In this document: in pieces, positions 41,221 through 55,159 of the stretch
Layout: the number at the start of each line of letters is the position of its first letter
How positions within the stretch are numbered: the first letter of the stretch is position 1
Source of the DNA: the human T2T-CHM13v2.0 reference genome, Homo sapiens
DNA length: 64,000 nt
Direction of reading: 5' to 3'
Assembly: GCA_009914755.4 (NCBI GenBank)
Contig: CP068257.2
Location: 42,720,001-42,784,000, forward strand
Program-made: the position numbers and the translations under genes
The notes under the pieces: generated by a model
Told to the model about the DNA's origin: nothing
Databases searched by the model: none
The model's input: only the letters and a program-made list of their open reading frames with translations

Positions 41221-44210
41221 CTCCCTTCCTCCCTCCTTCCCTACCTCCTTCCCTTTCCTCCCCTCCCCCCTCCCTCCCTCCCTCCTCACTCCCTTCCTCC
41301 CTCCCTCCCTTCCTCCCTCCCTCCCTCCCTCCCTCCCTCCCTCCCTTCCTCCCTTCCTCCCTCCCTCCCTCCCTTCCTCCCTCCCTCCCTCCCTTCCTCC
41401 CTCCCTTCCTCCCTCCCTCCCTTCCTCCCTCCCTCCCTCCCTTCCTCCCTCCCTCCCTCCCTCCCTCCCTCCCTTCCTCCCTCCCTCCCTCCCTCCCTTC
41501 CTCCCTCCCTCCCTTCCTCCCTTCCTCCTCCCTCCTTTCCTCCCTCCCTTCCTTCCTCCCTCCCTCCCTTCCTTCCTCCCTCCCTCCCTCCCTTCCTTCC
41601 TCCCTCCCTCCCTCCCTTCCTCCCTCCCTCCCTCCCTCCCTTCCTCCCTCCCTTCCTCCCTCCCTCCCTCCCTTCCTCCCTCCCTCCCTCCCTCCCTCCC
41701 TCCCTCCCTTCCTCCCTCCCTCCCTTCCTCCCTCCCTTCCTCCCTCCCTCCCTCCCTTCCTCCCTCCCTCCCTTCCTCCCTCCCTCCCTTCCTCCCTTCC
41801 TCCTCCCTCCTTTCTTCCCTCCCTCCCTCCCTCCCTTCCTTCCTCCCTCCCTCCCTCCCTTCCTTCCTCCCTCCCTCCCTCCCTCCCTCCTTTCCTTCCT
41901 CCCTTCCTCCCTCCCTACTTTCCTCCCTCCCTCCCTCCCTCCCTCCCTTCCTCCCTCCTTTCCTTCCTCCCTTCCTCCCTCCCTCCTTTCCTTCCTCCCT
42001 TCCTCCCTCCCTCCTTTCCTCCCTCCCTCCCTCCTCCCTTCCTCCCTCCCTCCCTCCTCCCTCCCTTCCTCCCCTCCCTTCCTCCTCCCTCCCTTCCTCC
42101 CTCCCTCCCTTCCTCCCTCCCTCCCTCCTTCCTCCCTCCCTCCCTCCCTCCCTTCCTCCCTCCCTCCCTCCCTCCCTCCCTTCCTCCCTCCCTCCGTCCC
42201 TCCCTCCCTCCCTCCCTCCCTCCCTCCTCCTCCCTCCCTCCCTCCCTCCCTTCCTCCCTCCCTCCCTTCCTCCCTCCCTCCCTCCCTCCCTCCCTCCTCC
42301 CTCCCTCTCCTCCCTCCCTTCCTCCTCCCCCTCCTCCTCCCTCCCTTCCTCCCTCCCTCCTCCCTCCTCCTCCTCCCTCCCTCCCTTCCCTCCCTCCCTC
42401 CCTCCCTCCTTCCTCCCTCCCTTCCTCCTCCCTCCCTCCCTCCCTCCCTCCCTCCTCCCTCCCTCTCCTCCCTCCCTCCCTCCCTTCCCTCCCTCCCTCC
42501 CTCCCTTCCTCCCTCCCTCCCTCCCTCCCTCCCTTCCTCCCTCCCTCCCTCCCTTCCTCCCTCCCTCCCTCCCTTCCTCCTCCCTCCTCCCTCCCTCCCT
42601 CCCTTCCTCCCTCCCTCCCTCCCTTCCCTCCCTCCCTCCTCCCTCCCTCCCTTCCTCCCTCCCTCCCTCCCTTCCTCCTCCCTCCCTCCCTTCCTCCCTC
42701 CCTCCCTCCCTCCCTCCCTTCCTCCCTCCCTTCCTCCCTCCCTCCCTCCCTCCCTCCTCCCTTCCTCCCTTCCTCCCTCCCTCCCTTCCTCCTTCCTCCC
42801 TCCCTCCCTCCCTCCCTCCCTTCCTCCCTCCCTCCCTCCCTCCCTCCCTCTCCTTCCCTCCTCCCTCCCTCCCTCCCTCCTCCCTCCTCCTCCCTCCTCC
42901 CTCCCTCCCTCCTCCCTCCCTCCCTCCCTCCCTCCCTCCTCCTCCCTCCCTCCTCTCCTCCCTCCCTCCTCCTCCTCCCTCCTCCTCCCTCCTCCTCCCT
43001 TCCTCCCTCCCTCCCTCCCTTCCTCCCTCCCTTCCTCCCTCCCTCCCTCCTCCTCCCTCCTCCCTTCCTCCCTCCCTCCTCCCTCCCTCCTCCTTCCTCC
43101 CTCCCTCCCTCCCTCCCTCCTCCCTCCCTCCTTCCTCCCTTCCTCCCTCCCTTCCCTCCCTCCCTCCCTCCTCCCTCCCTCCCTCCTCCCTCCCTTCCTC
43201 CCTCCCTCCCTCCCTCCTCCCTCCCTTCCTCCCTCCCTCCCTTCCTCCCTCCTCCCTCCCTCCCTTCCTCCCTCCCTCCCTCCCTCCCTCCCTTCCTCCC
43301 TTCCTCCCTCCCTCCTTCCTCCTCCCTCCCTCCCTCCCTCCCTTCCTTCCTCCCTCCCTCCCTCCCTCCTTCCTCCTCCTTCCTCCCTCCCTCCTTTCCT
43401 CCCTCCCTCCCTCCTCCTTCCTTCCTCCCTCCCTCCCTCCCTCCCTCCCTCCCTCCTCTCCCTCCCTCCCTCCCTTCCTCCCTCCCTTCCTCCTCCCTCC
43501 CTCCCTCCCTCCCTCCTTTCCTCCCTCCCTCCCTCCCTTCCTCCCTCCCTCCCTCCCTCCCTCCCTTCCTCCCTCCCTCCCTCCCTCCCTTCCTCCTCCC
43601 TCCCTCCCTCCCTCCCTCCCTTCCTCCCTCCCTCCCTTCCTCCCTCCCTCCCTCCCTCCCTTCCTCCCTCCCTCCTTCCTCCCTCCTTCCTCCCTCCCTC
43701 CCTCCCTTCCTCCCTCCCTCCCTCCCTTCCTCCCTCCCTCCCTTCCTTCCTCCCTCCCTCCCTCCCTCCCTCCCTTCCTCCCTTCCTCCCTCCCTCCCTC
43801 CCTTCCTCCCTCCCTCCTTCCTCCCTCCCTCCTCCCTTCCTCCCTCCCTCCTTCCTCCCTCCCTCCTCCCTCCCTCCCTCCCTCCTTCCTCCCTCCCTCC
43901 CTCCCTTCCTTCCTCCCTCCCTCCCTCCCTTCCTCCCTCCCTCCCTTCCTTCCTCCCTCCTCCCTCCCTCCCTCCCTCCCTCCCTTCCTCCCTCCCTCCC
44001 TCCCTTCCTCCCTCCCTCCCTCCCTCCCTCCCTCCTCCCTTCCTCCCTCCCTCCCTCCCTCCCTCCCTTCCTCCCTCCCTCCCTCCCTTCCTCCCTCCCT
44101 TCCTTCCTCCCTCCTTTCCTCCCTCCCTCCCTTCCTCCCTCCCTCCCTTCCTCCCTCCCTCCCTCCCTTCCTCCCTCCCTCCCTTCCTCCCTTCCTCCCT
44201 TCCTTCCTTC
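41221..44210. repeat. ~3.0 kb polypyrimidine (CCCT/CCTT/TCC)n tract on the sense strand
   Basis: Continuous ccctccctccctcccttcctccctcc... with essentially no purines on the + strand for ~3 kb. Confidence 0.95.
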
Positions 44211-44212
44211 CA

Positions 44213-44476
44213 TTTTTTGACAGGGTTTTGCTCTGTCACCCAGGCTGGAGTGCAGTGGCACGTCCACCTCCTGCGCTCAAGTCCTCCTCCCACCCGTCTG
44301 CTGAGTAGCTGGGACTGCATGTGCACGCCAACACACCCGGCTAATTTTTGTATTTTTTGTAGAGATGGGGGTTTCAGCATGTGGCCCAGGCTAGTATCGA
44401 ACTCTTGAGCTCAAGTGATCCACCCCCTTGGCCTCCCAAAGTGCTGAGATTACAGGCGTGAGCCACCATGCCTGCC
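44213..44476 (-). mobile_element. Alu SINE (internally deleted)
   Basis: Antisense Alu directly abutting the 3' end of the polypyrimidine tract. Confidence 0.8.
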
Positions 44477-44982
44477 AGAGAGAACACTTTTCATATAGAA
44501 GGTTTTTTTTTTTTTTTTTTTTTTTTTAACAGCTTCATTGAGAGAAATTTCACCTGGATAAAGTGCACCTGTCAGTGGTTTTCAGTATCTTTACAGAATC
44601 TAACTTTATAACATCTGCATCACCCTGAAAAGACCCTGCATACTCACAGTCACTCCCGTTCCCCTCCCCTCAGCCACAGCCACCCACGAAGCTACTTGTG
44701 AGCTGCCTTTTCTGGGCGTTTCATAGAAACTGGATGATGTAATAGGCAGTCTTTGGTGTCTGACTTCTTTCACTTGATGTCCCGTTTTCAAGGTTTGTCA
44801 CCGTGTATCAGTATTTACTTCCCGTTTATGGCTGAAGAGGACCCCGCTGTGTGGACACACCACATTTTGTTCATCCATTCATCAGTTGGTGGACATATGG
44901 GTTGTTTCCACTTTTCCTTTTTTTAAAAAAAAATTAATATTTAATTTTTTAATTAAAAAATTTTAAATTAATTAATATTTAA

Positions 44983-45296
<314 letters not shown>

Positions 45297-45617
45297 CGTT
45301 TCCACTTTTCACATGCTGTGAATAACGTAGCATGAACAGTTATTTACAGGGTTTTGTGTGGGTATGTTTTTATTTCTCTTAGACACCTAGGAATGCACGG
45401 CTGGCTCATATGGGAACTCCATGTTTAAGTTTTTGTGGACGTGCTGGGCTGTTTTCCAAAGAACCGGCCGCATTCCACATTCCTGCCTGCCCAGTCCCAG
45501 GATTCCAATTTCTCTACCTTCTTGTCAACATTTGTTATTGTCCATTAAAAAAACAAAGCTCGCATCCCGGTGGGTGAGAAGTGGCTCTCCTTGTCGCTTT
45601 GACGGGCATTTCTCTAA

Positions 45618-46005
<388 letters not shown>

Positions 46006-46509
46006 CATCTTTGCCCATTTTTCAATTGAGTTGTCTTTTATATTATTGAGTTGTCTTTTATATTATTGAGTCGTAAGAGTTCTTTACGTAAGGATGCCAG
46101 TCTCTTACCAAAGGTATGATTTGAATTTTTTTTGTCAATCTGTGCACTGACTTGTTATTTTCTTTATGGTGTCATTTGATGCACGAGCTTTTGAAATTTT
46201 GATGATGTTCAACTTATCAATCTCTTTGATCATTGTGCTTTTGGTGTCCTAGCGAAAACCATTGCCGTGATTTATGCCTGTGTTCTACTAAGTGTTTTAT
46301 AGCTTTCGCTTTTTGTTTGCCCTGGTGTGCGGTAAGGGTCAGTCTTCGTTGTGGCTCTCCTGTTGTCCCAGCACTATTTGTTGACAAGACTGTTGTTTCC
46401 CCAGTGAAGCATCTTGGCATCCTTGTTGAAAATCAGTGGACCATTAACATAAGGGCTTATTTCTAGAGTCTCAGTTTGACTCCACTGATGTCTGTCCTTG
46501 TGCCAGAAC

Positions 46510-48150
46510 CACACTGTCTTGGTGAGCATAGCCTTGTAGTAAGTTTTGACCGCACTGTCTTGGTTGGCGTAGCCTTGTAGTAAGTTTTGATCGTGCTGTC
46601 TTGGTTGGCATAGCCTTGTAGTAAGTTTTGACCGCACTGTCTTGGTTGGCGTAGCCTTGTAGTGAGTTTTGACTGCACTGTCTTGGCGTAGCCTTGTAGT
46701 AAGTTTTGACTGCACTGTCTTGGTGTAGCCTTGTAGTGAGTTTTGACCACACTGTCTTGGTTGGCGTAGACTTGTAGTAAGTTTTGACCACACTGTCTTG
46801 GTGTAGCCTTGTAGTAAGTTTTGACTGCACTCTCTTGGTTGGCATAGCCTTGTAGTAAGTTTTGACCGCACTGTCTTGGTGAGCGTAGCCTTGTAGTAAG
46901 TTTTGACCACACTGTCTTGGCGTAGACTTGTAGTAAGTTTTGACCGCACTGTCTTGGCGTAGCCTTGTAGTAAGTTTTGATCGTGCTGTCTTGGTTGGCG
47001 TAGCCTTGTAGTAAGTTTTGACCTCACTCTCTTGGTTGGCGTAGCCTTGTAGTAAGTTTTGACCTCACTGTCTTGGTTGGCGTAGCCTTGTAGTAAGTTT
47101 TGATCGCGCTGTCTTGGTGAGCGTAGCCTTGTAGTAAGTTTTGACCACACTGTCTTGGTGAGCGTAGCCTTGTAGTAAGTTTTGACCGCACTGTCTTGGT
47201 GAGCGTAGCCTTGTAGTAAGTTTTGATCGCGCTGTCTTGGTTGGCATAGCCTTGTAGTAAGTTTTGACCGCACTGTCTTGGTTGGCGTAGCCTTGTAGTG
47301 AGTTTTGACTGCACTGTCTTGGCGTAGCCTTGTAGTAAGTTTTGACTGCACTGTCTTGGCGTAGCCTTGTAGTAAGTTTTGACCACACTGTCTTGGTTGG
47401 TGTAGCCTTGTAGTAAGTTTTGACCACACTGTCTTGGTGTAGCCTTGTAGTAAGTTTTGACTGCACTCTCTTGGTTGGCATAGCCTTGTAGTAAGTTTTG
47501 ACCGCACTGTCTTGGTGAGCGTAGCCTTGTAGTAAGTTTTGACCGCACTGTCTTGGCGTAGACTTGTAGTAAGTTTTGACCGCACTGTCTTGGCGTAGCC
47601 TTGTAGTAAGTTTTGATTGTGCTGTCTTGGTTGGCGTAGCCTTGTAGTAAGTTTTGACCGCACTGTCTTGGTTGGCGTAGCCTTGTAGTAAGTTTTGACC
47701 TCACTGTCTTGGTGAGCGTAGCCTTATAGTAAGTTTTGACCACACTGTCTTGGTGAGCGTAGCCTTGTAGTAAGTTTTGACCACACTGTCTTGTTGAGCG
47801 TAGCCTTGTAGTAAGTTTTGACCACACTGTCTTGGTGAGCGTAGCCTTGTAGTAAGTTTTGACCGCACTGTCTTGGTGAGCGTAGCCTTGTAGTAAGTTT
47901 TGACCGCACTGTCTTGGTGAGCGTAGTCTTGTAGTAAGTTTTGACCGCACTGTCTTGGTTGGCGTAGCCTTGTAGTAAGTTTTGACCTCACTGTCTTGGT
48001 GAGCGTAGCCTTATAGTAAGTTTTGACCACACTGTCTTGGTGAGCGTAGCCTTGTAGTAAGTTTTGACCGCACTGTCTTGGTTGGCGTAGCCTTGTAGTA
48101 AGTTTTGACCGTGCTGTCTTGGTGAGCGTAGCCTTGTAGTAAGTTTTGAA
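46510..48150. repeat. 41-bp VNTR (~40 units, ~1.65 kb) derived from L1 sequence
   Basis: Unit cactgtcttggttggcgtagccttgtagtaagttttgaccg, with 37-bp variants. It is embedded in, and homologous to, the antisense L1 segment '...ccacactgtcttg.ttactgtagctttgtagtaagttttgaaatcggg'. Confidence 0.92.
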
Positions 48151-50039
48151 ATTCGGAAGTGTGAGTCCTAATTTGTTCTTTTCCAGGATTGCTTTGGCCT
48201 CTGGGTCCCTTGGCTTCACAAGAATTTTTGGATCAGCTCATCAATTTCTCCAAAAAGGGCATCTGTGATTTTGATTGTGAACATGGGATGTCTTTTTGCT
48301 TATTTAATTCTTTAATTTCTCTCAATAATGTTTTATAGTTTCCAGTAATAAGTCTTAATGCTTCTTCTGTTAAATTTATTCCTAAATATTTTATTATTGT
48401 CCAAGCTATTATAAATAGAATTGTCCTATTGATTTCATTTCAAATTGTTAATGACTGGTATGTAGACATACATTGTCTTTTGTAGATTGATCTTGAACTC
48501 TGAAACCTTGCTAAACTTCTTTATTACTTTTAATAGTTTTTTAGTGGATTTGTCATATACGAGACCATGTCATCTGCAAAAAGAGAGTTTTACTTGTTCC
48601 TTTCCAAACTGGTTGCCTTTTATTTCTTCTTCTTGCCTAAGTGCCCTGGCTAGAACCTCCAGTACAATGTTGAACAGAAGGGACAATGGGGGACATCCTT
48701 GCTTTGCTCCTGATCTTAAGACGAGTCCACTGATCTTAGGGAACAAGCCTTTCACCATTAAGTGTGATGTTAGCTGTGGGGCTTTTATAAATGTCCTTTA
48801 TCAGGTTGAAGAAGTTCCCTTCTATTCCTAGTTTCTTGAGTGTTTTTATTGTGAAGGAGTGGTAGACTTTGTCAGCTGCTTCTCCTGCACTTATTCAAAT
48901 GTTCAGATGGTCTTTGATCCTTTTACTATTAATATGGTGCATTCCATCAATTGACCTTCGAATGTTAAACCAACTTTATGTTCCTGGGACACGTCCCACT
49001 TGGTCTTGGTGAATAATCTCTTTTACATGGTGCTGGATTCACTTTGCTAGCTGTTTTTTGATGATTTTTGCACCTATATTCATGAAGGTTATTGGTCTGT
49101 GGTTTTCTTTTCTTGTAATATGTTTGCCTAGTTTTGGCACCAGGATAATACTGGCCTCATAAAATGGCTTAGGAAGTAGTTCCTCCTCTTATATTTTGGA
49201 AGAGTTTGTAAAAGAGTGGTTTTAATTCTTCCGTGAACATTTGGTAGAATTCACCAGTGAACTCCTCTGAGTGTGGACTTTTCTTTGTGTGATGTTTTTA
49301 ACTTACTAATTCAATCTCTTTATGTGTTATAGGTCTATTTATATTTTCTATTTCTTCTCCAGTCACCTTTGGTAGTTTGTGTCTTTCTAGGAATTTGTCC
49401 ATTCATCTAGATCATCTAATTTTTTTAGCATACAATTTTCTCTAGGATTTCCTTTGAGTTCTTTTTCTTTTTGTAAGATTAGTAGTAATATCCTCTCTTT
49501 CATTTCTGATTTTAGCAATTTGAGCCTTCTCTCTTTTTTTCCTTGATCAGTCTTAGCTACAAGGTGGTAATTATTTTTGTTGCTCTTTTTCAAGAACTGA
49601 GTTTGGTTTGTTGACATTCATTGTTTTTGATTTCTCGATCTCATTTATATTCTAATCTTCATTCTTTCCTTCCTTCTGCTTGCTTTTGGCTTGTCTCAGG
49701 GAAAGCATCCAGTCTTTCCCACTGGGTATGATGTTAGCTGCAGGGTTTTTGTAAATGTCCTTTCAATCAAAGAGGTTCTCTTTGATTCCTAACTTCTTGA
49801 GTGTTTTTATTGTGAAAGGGTGGTTTGCTCTTCTTTTTCTAGTTTACTACAGTGGGAAGTTACGTTAATAATTTCAGCTCTTCTTTATTAATATAGGAAT
49901 TTATAGCCATCAGAGTGCGTTTCTATCTTAGAAAATTAGTAACACATTCAAAATAGGTTTGATTACCCAATAATGCATTGCTCATTGTTGAACAATTTTA
50001 AAATTCAAGATAAGTATAAGGAAAGAATGTTATTCATAA

Positions 50040-50804
<765 letters not shown>

Positions 50805-50941
50805 TGAGGTCACCCAAATGAGCAGCATCAGGCCTGCGGGGGACCTGGCAGTGACTGGAGGCCTCGAGGGCCCCCTCCTGCCAAGCTCCTCTTGACTCTG
50901 TGTTGTTTTCTTGGCTCACCCACCCCCATTCCCAACGCCAG

Positions 50942-51125
50942 GTGTGAACTTCAACCCGGAGCACTGCAGCCCCAATGGCACCGACCCCTACAAGCCTAAG
51001 TGCCCCGAGAGCGACGCGACGCAGCAGAGGCCGGCCTTCCCTGAGTGGCTGACGGTCCTCCTACTCTGCCTCTACCTGCTCTTCACCAACATCCTGCTGC
51101 TCAACCTCCTCATCGCCATGTTCAA
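50942..51125 (+). CDS. TRPM2: TRPM2 coding exon (approx. exon 20; aa ~988-1049; pore loop and S6)
   Basis: ORF-track frame 50911..51129 gives (G)VNFNPEHCSPNGTDPYKPKCPESDATQQRPAFPEWLTVLLLCLYLLFTNILLLNLLIAMF(N). Acceptor cccaacgccag|GT, donor TTCAA|gtgagc. Confidence 0.9.
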
Positions 51126-53775
51126 GTGAGCGCCTGGGTGGGGCTGGCGTGCAGGTGGGTGGGTGGGCGGCGTTCCTGGGCCGCAGTGGCCATGCTGTCT
51201 CCAGGGTCTCGTGGACAGTGTGGATGATGGGCTGGTGCACAGAGGCGCGTCACTCATATCCTGGTGGAGTGTGCACAGCCACTCTCTGTGGTCACTGCTG
51301 CGTCTCTTGAGCTGGCGTGAGTCTGTCTCTTGAGCTGGCGTGGGTCTGTCCTTGTGGCTGCTGGGGACCCGCGGTGCTGTGGATCCACAAGGGCCCTGCT
51401 CACGGTGCTGCTGCGGAGGCAGCCTCCTCCCGCAGGGCAGGGATGTTGGTGTCAGCCTCGTTCCTTCTGCGCAGGCGCAGCATTATTCATGGGCTCACTG
51501 CTCTACCCGGGGAGCGTGCTGGGGCCGCTGCTGCTCAGGGCTGTCCCCTTGTCACCCCAAGGGCTCTGCCTGTGTCTCCCTGTTACTGAGCAAAAGGGCT
51601 CGCTGCCCGATGTGCAGGAGGCCAATACTATGACACCAGGTTTTTGAGAAAAGAAAAGCTTTTATTCTAGGCCAACCCACAAGGAGACAGGGGCGCAGTT
51701 CACGTCTGTCTCCCCGCGCTGGCTTTAATGCAGTGTTTCTATTAGGGAAGGTTCGGGGGTGGGTTCTTGGATGAGTAAGTGGCTGGTGGAAGAAAAGGGG
51801 GTTCTGGAAAGTTATGTCTCCTCATAGGTCTCGTGTGCACATTTGGGCGGAGTTACTGGGACCCTGGGGTGGAAACTCGGGCTGTGCAGACTCCAGCTGG
51901 CCACAGTGGTTCCAGCTGTGACCTCAGCCAGTTCCAAAAGCTCCTGCAAGCGAGTCTCAGCATCCCAGCAGGTGGCTTCTTTTCCCGTCTGCCATCTGTA
52001 AGTGTGAGCATTTCGGTTAGTTGCTGGGTTCTTTAGCTCTTTGGGGCCGGTTCCCCAGCCCTAGACGTGTTCCTGCTGCCCCCACCGTGTGCCTCAGACG
52101 GCGCTGGCTCTGCGGTGCCTTCCCCAGAGCTCCGATCCATCTGTGGACGGCTCTGTGTCTGCCCTCCCGTGCCATTGGGGTCTTCCTCATCTGCACGTCT
52201 TCACGTGCTTTGCTGGTTTTGTGGATTTGCACACACGTGTCCACCTCCTCTGGGCCTGGTGTTTGTGGCATCTGTGGCAGTTTGAATAACAGCCCCAGGG
52301 AGGTCCACACTCGAACCCTGTGGCTATGGGGCCCTATGTGGCAAAAGGGACTGGGAGGGTGGGGTTAAGTGGAGGATCCTGAGGTGGGAAATTATCTGGG
52401 GTTATCTGCATGGGCCCGACATCATCATGAGGGGCCGTGGAAGAGGGAGGCGGAGAAGGAATGTGACGGTGGCAGTGAGCGTCGGCGGGAGGGGAGAGCC
52501 TCAGCCCAGGAATGCAGGCAGCCTCTGGAAGGCAGGAAAGGCAAGGCATGGAGGCTCCCGACCTACGGGAGGAGCACAGCCCTGCCGAACCTTGGTTTTA
52601 GCCCAGTGAGACTCCTGACCTCCAGGACTGAGAGAAGAGTCTGATTGCTTTAAGCTGCCAAGGCCGTGGCGGTTCACTACAGCAGCATCAGGAGACCCAT
52701 GCAGTAGCTGTTTCTTCTCTTTGAAAATGTCTAGGATTTTCTTTAAATCCTAGTGTCTTGAAGTCTTATCATAGAACTTTTGGAATGTTATTTGCTATTG
52801 TTGCTTTTGAAACAAGGAGTACAAAATAGGTGGCTGTCCATCCGGCCCCTGGTGGACGTGGTCCTCTGGGGTCGTATCTCTGATCAGCCGCAGCAGCTGT
52901 GGGCCCCAGGCTTTGGGGGTTCTGTTTTGCTCTTGCAGCTTTTAAACTTAGAACAAATTAAATGCTGAGGACCTCACACCAGAGGCAGCATAAAAAAGAA
53001 CTCCAGGGAACCAGGAGGCCACGCAGAATGAAAACACAGGTGTTTGGGGTCCTAGTGGGCCCCAGGGTTGGCTCTGGGGGTTCTGTGGCCAATTCCTAGC
53101 CCTGACAGTGGAGCTGAGGAGCCCAGCACGGCTGCGGAGCTGTCATGGTCCACAGAAAGCCCAGTCTCCCCACGTTGCCCCCATAATTCAGAAAGCCTCC
53201 CAGGCCCTCAGAGCCCTTCCCAGCATCTGCAGACAGACCCTGTGCTACCCAGGACTCTGAAAATCCTTGTGTTCCTGGTTTTGTTAGGAACCAACCGTTT
53301 CTCTTCTTGTTTCATTGGCTAAGTTGCTGAGGTTGCCACCTTTCAGAACGTGGGTTCTGAACATTGAGAGAACCCGAGCATGGGCCAGGACTGTCATCTC
53401 GAGGCCAAGGGGCTGGTGGCAGGACACTGTCCCTGCAGCAAGTATGGCACCCACACTTCCGGCTCCCACTGCGGAGGGCTCTGTGCCTGTCACCCTGAGA
53501 CACACCAAGGAGGCCCCTGCAGCCCTGCCCCTTCCACATGCACCCCTGGAGGGTCTGGCTCTTGTGCTCGTCAGAATCCACAGATCAGGTCCTAGAGTTC
53601 AGTGCCAGACAGTGTCTGTCTCCTGATAAACACCCACTTCGTGTTATTAGCCAGTGAGGCTTATAATATCGAAAGTCTGTGTGCTTCTCCTTTTTTCTTG
53701 CTTTGGTTCCCAGGAAGCCTGGAATTGTGAGGTCTGTGGGCTGAGTTCTGTGCCTGGAGCTGGCCTCCCGTGTGG

Positions 53776-54912
53776 CGTGGCTCTGCTCTCTGTGGCATCA
53801 CAGTGGGCACGTGGGCATGGCTCTGCTCTCTGTGGCATCACAGTGGGCACGTGGGCATGGCTCTGCTCTCTGGCATCACAGTGGGCACGTGGGCATGGCT
53901 CTGCTCTCTGTGGCATCACAGTGGGCACGTGGGTGTGGCTCTGCTCTCTGTGGCATCACAGTGTGCACGTGGGCGTGGCTCTGCTCTCTGGCATCACAGT
54001 GGGCACGTGGGCGTGGCTCTGCTCTCTGTGGCATCACAGTGTGCACGTGGGCATGGCTCTGCTCTCTGGCATCACAGTGGGCACGTGGGCATGGCTCTGC
54101 TCTCTGTGGCATCACAGTGGGCACGTGGGCATGGCTCTGCTCTCTGTGGCATCACAGTGGGCATGTGGGCATGGCTCTGCTCTCTGGCATCACAGTGGGC
54201 ACGTGGGCGTGGCTCTGCTATCTGTGGCATCACAGTGGGCACGTGGGCGTGGCTCTGCTCTCTGGCATCACAGTGGGCACAAGGGCGTGGCTCTGCTCTC
54301 TGTGGCATCACAGTGTGCATGTGGGCGTGGCTCTGCTCTCTGGCATCACAGTGGGCACAAGGGCGTGGCTCTGCTCTCTGGCATCACAGTGGGCACGTGG
54401 GCGTGGCTCTGCTCTCTGGCATCACAGTGGGCACGTGGGCGTGGCTCTGCTCTCTGTGGCATCACAGTGGGCACGTGGGCGTGGCTCTGCTCTCTGGCAT
54501 CACAGTGTGCACGTGGGCGTGGCTCTGCTCTCTGGCATCACAGTGGGCACGTGGGCGTGGCTCTGCTCTCTGTGGCATCATAGTGGGCACGTGGGCATGG
54601 CTCTGCTCTCTGGCATCACAGTGGGCACGTGGGCGTGGCTCTGCTCTCTGTGGCATCACAGTGGGCACGTGGGCGTGGCTCTGCTCTCTGGCATCACAGT
54701 GGGCACGTGGGCGTGGCTCTGCTCTCTGTGGCATCACAGTGGGCACGTGGGCGTGGCTCTGCTCTCTGTGGCATCACAGTGGGCACGTGGGCGTGGCTCT
54801 GCTCTCTGTGACATCACAGTGGGCATGTGGGTGTGGCTCTGCTCTCTGTGGCATCACAGTGGGCATGTGGGCGTGGCTCTGCTCTCTGTGGCATCACAGT
54901 GGGCACGCAGGC
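53776..54912. repeat. 37-40-bp VNTR (~29 units, ~1.1 kb)
   Basis: Unit gcatggctctgctctctg(tg)gcatcacagtgggcacgtgg. Ends ~65 bp upstream of the exon 21 acceptor. Confidence 0.92.
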
Positions 54913-54977
54913 GGTGAGAGGGGTCTGTTCTGGGTAAACACCCTGACCTCGAGGTGTTGCTTTCTCCTCCCTGACAG

Positions 54978-55159
54978 CTACACCTTCCAGCAGGTGCAGG
55001 AGCACACGGACCAGATTTGGAAGTTCCAGCGCCATGACCTGATCGAGGAGTACCACGGCCGCCCCGCCGCGCCGCCCCCCTTCATCCTCCTCAGCCACCT
55101 GCAGCTCTTCATCAAGAGGGTGGTCCTGAAGACTCCGGCCAAGAGGCACAAGCAGCTCA
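54978..55159 (+). CDS. TRPM2: TRPM2 coding exon (approx. exon 21; aa ~1049-1110; TRP box)
   Basis: ORF-track frame 53770..55434 gives (N)YTFQQVQEHTDQIWKFQRHDLIEEYHGRPAAPPPFILLSHLQLFIKRVVLKTPAKRHKQL(K). Acceptor cctgacag|C, donor CTCA|gtatgc. Confidence 0.9.

Noticed and set aside
41138-44380. Very long ORFs (1056 aa +, 993 aa -, 821 aa -) spanning the region
   Set aside because: They lie entirely within the (CCCT/CCTT)n polypyrimidine tract. The translations are pure low-complexity (PSLPPSLPP.. on the plus strand, GREGGREEG.. on the minus strand), with no start-site context, splice sites or protein-like composition. They are artefacts of the stop-free repeat.
46374-48219. Minus-strand ORFs up to 429 aa (..KLTTRLRQPRQ..)
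   Set aside because: They are translations of the 41-bp L1-derived VNTR.
53654-54917. Plus-strand ORFs of 309-554 aa (..SLWHHSGHVGVALLS..)
   Set aside because: These are VNTR translations. Only the 3' end of ORF 53770..55434 overlaps real coding sequence (TRPM2 exon 21).
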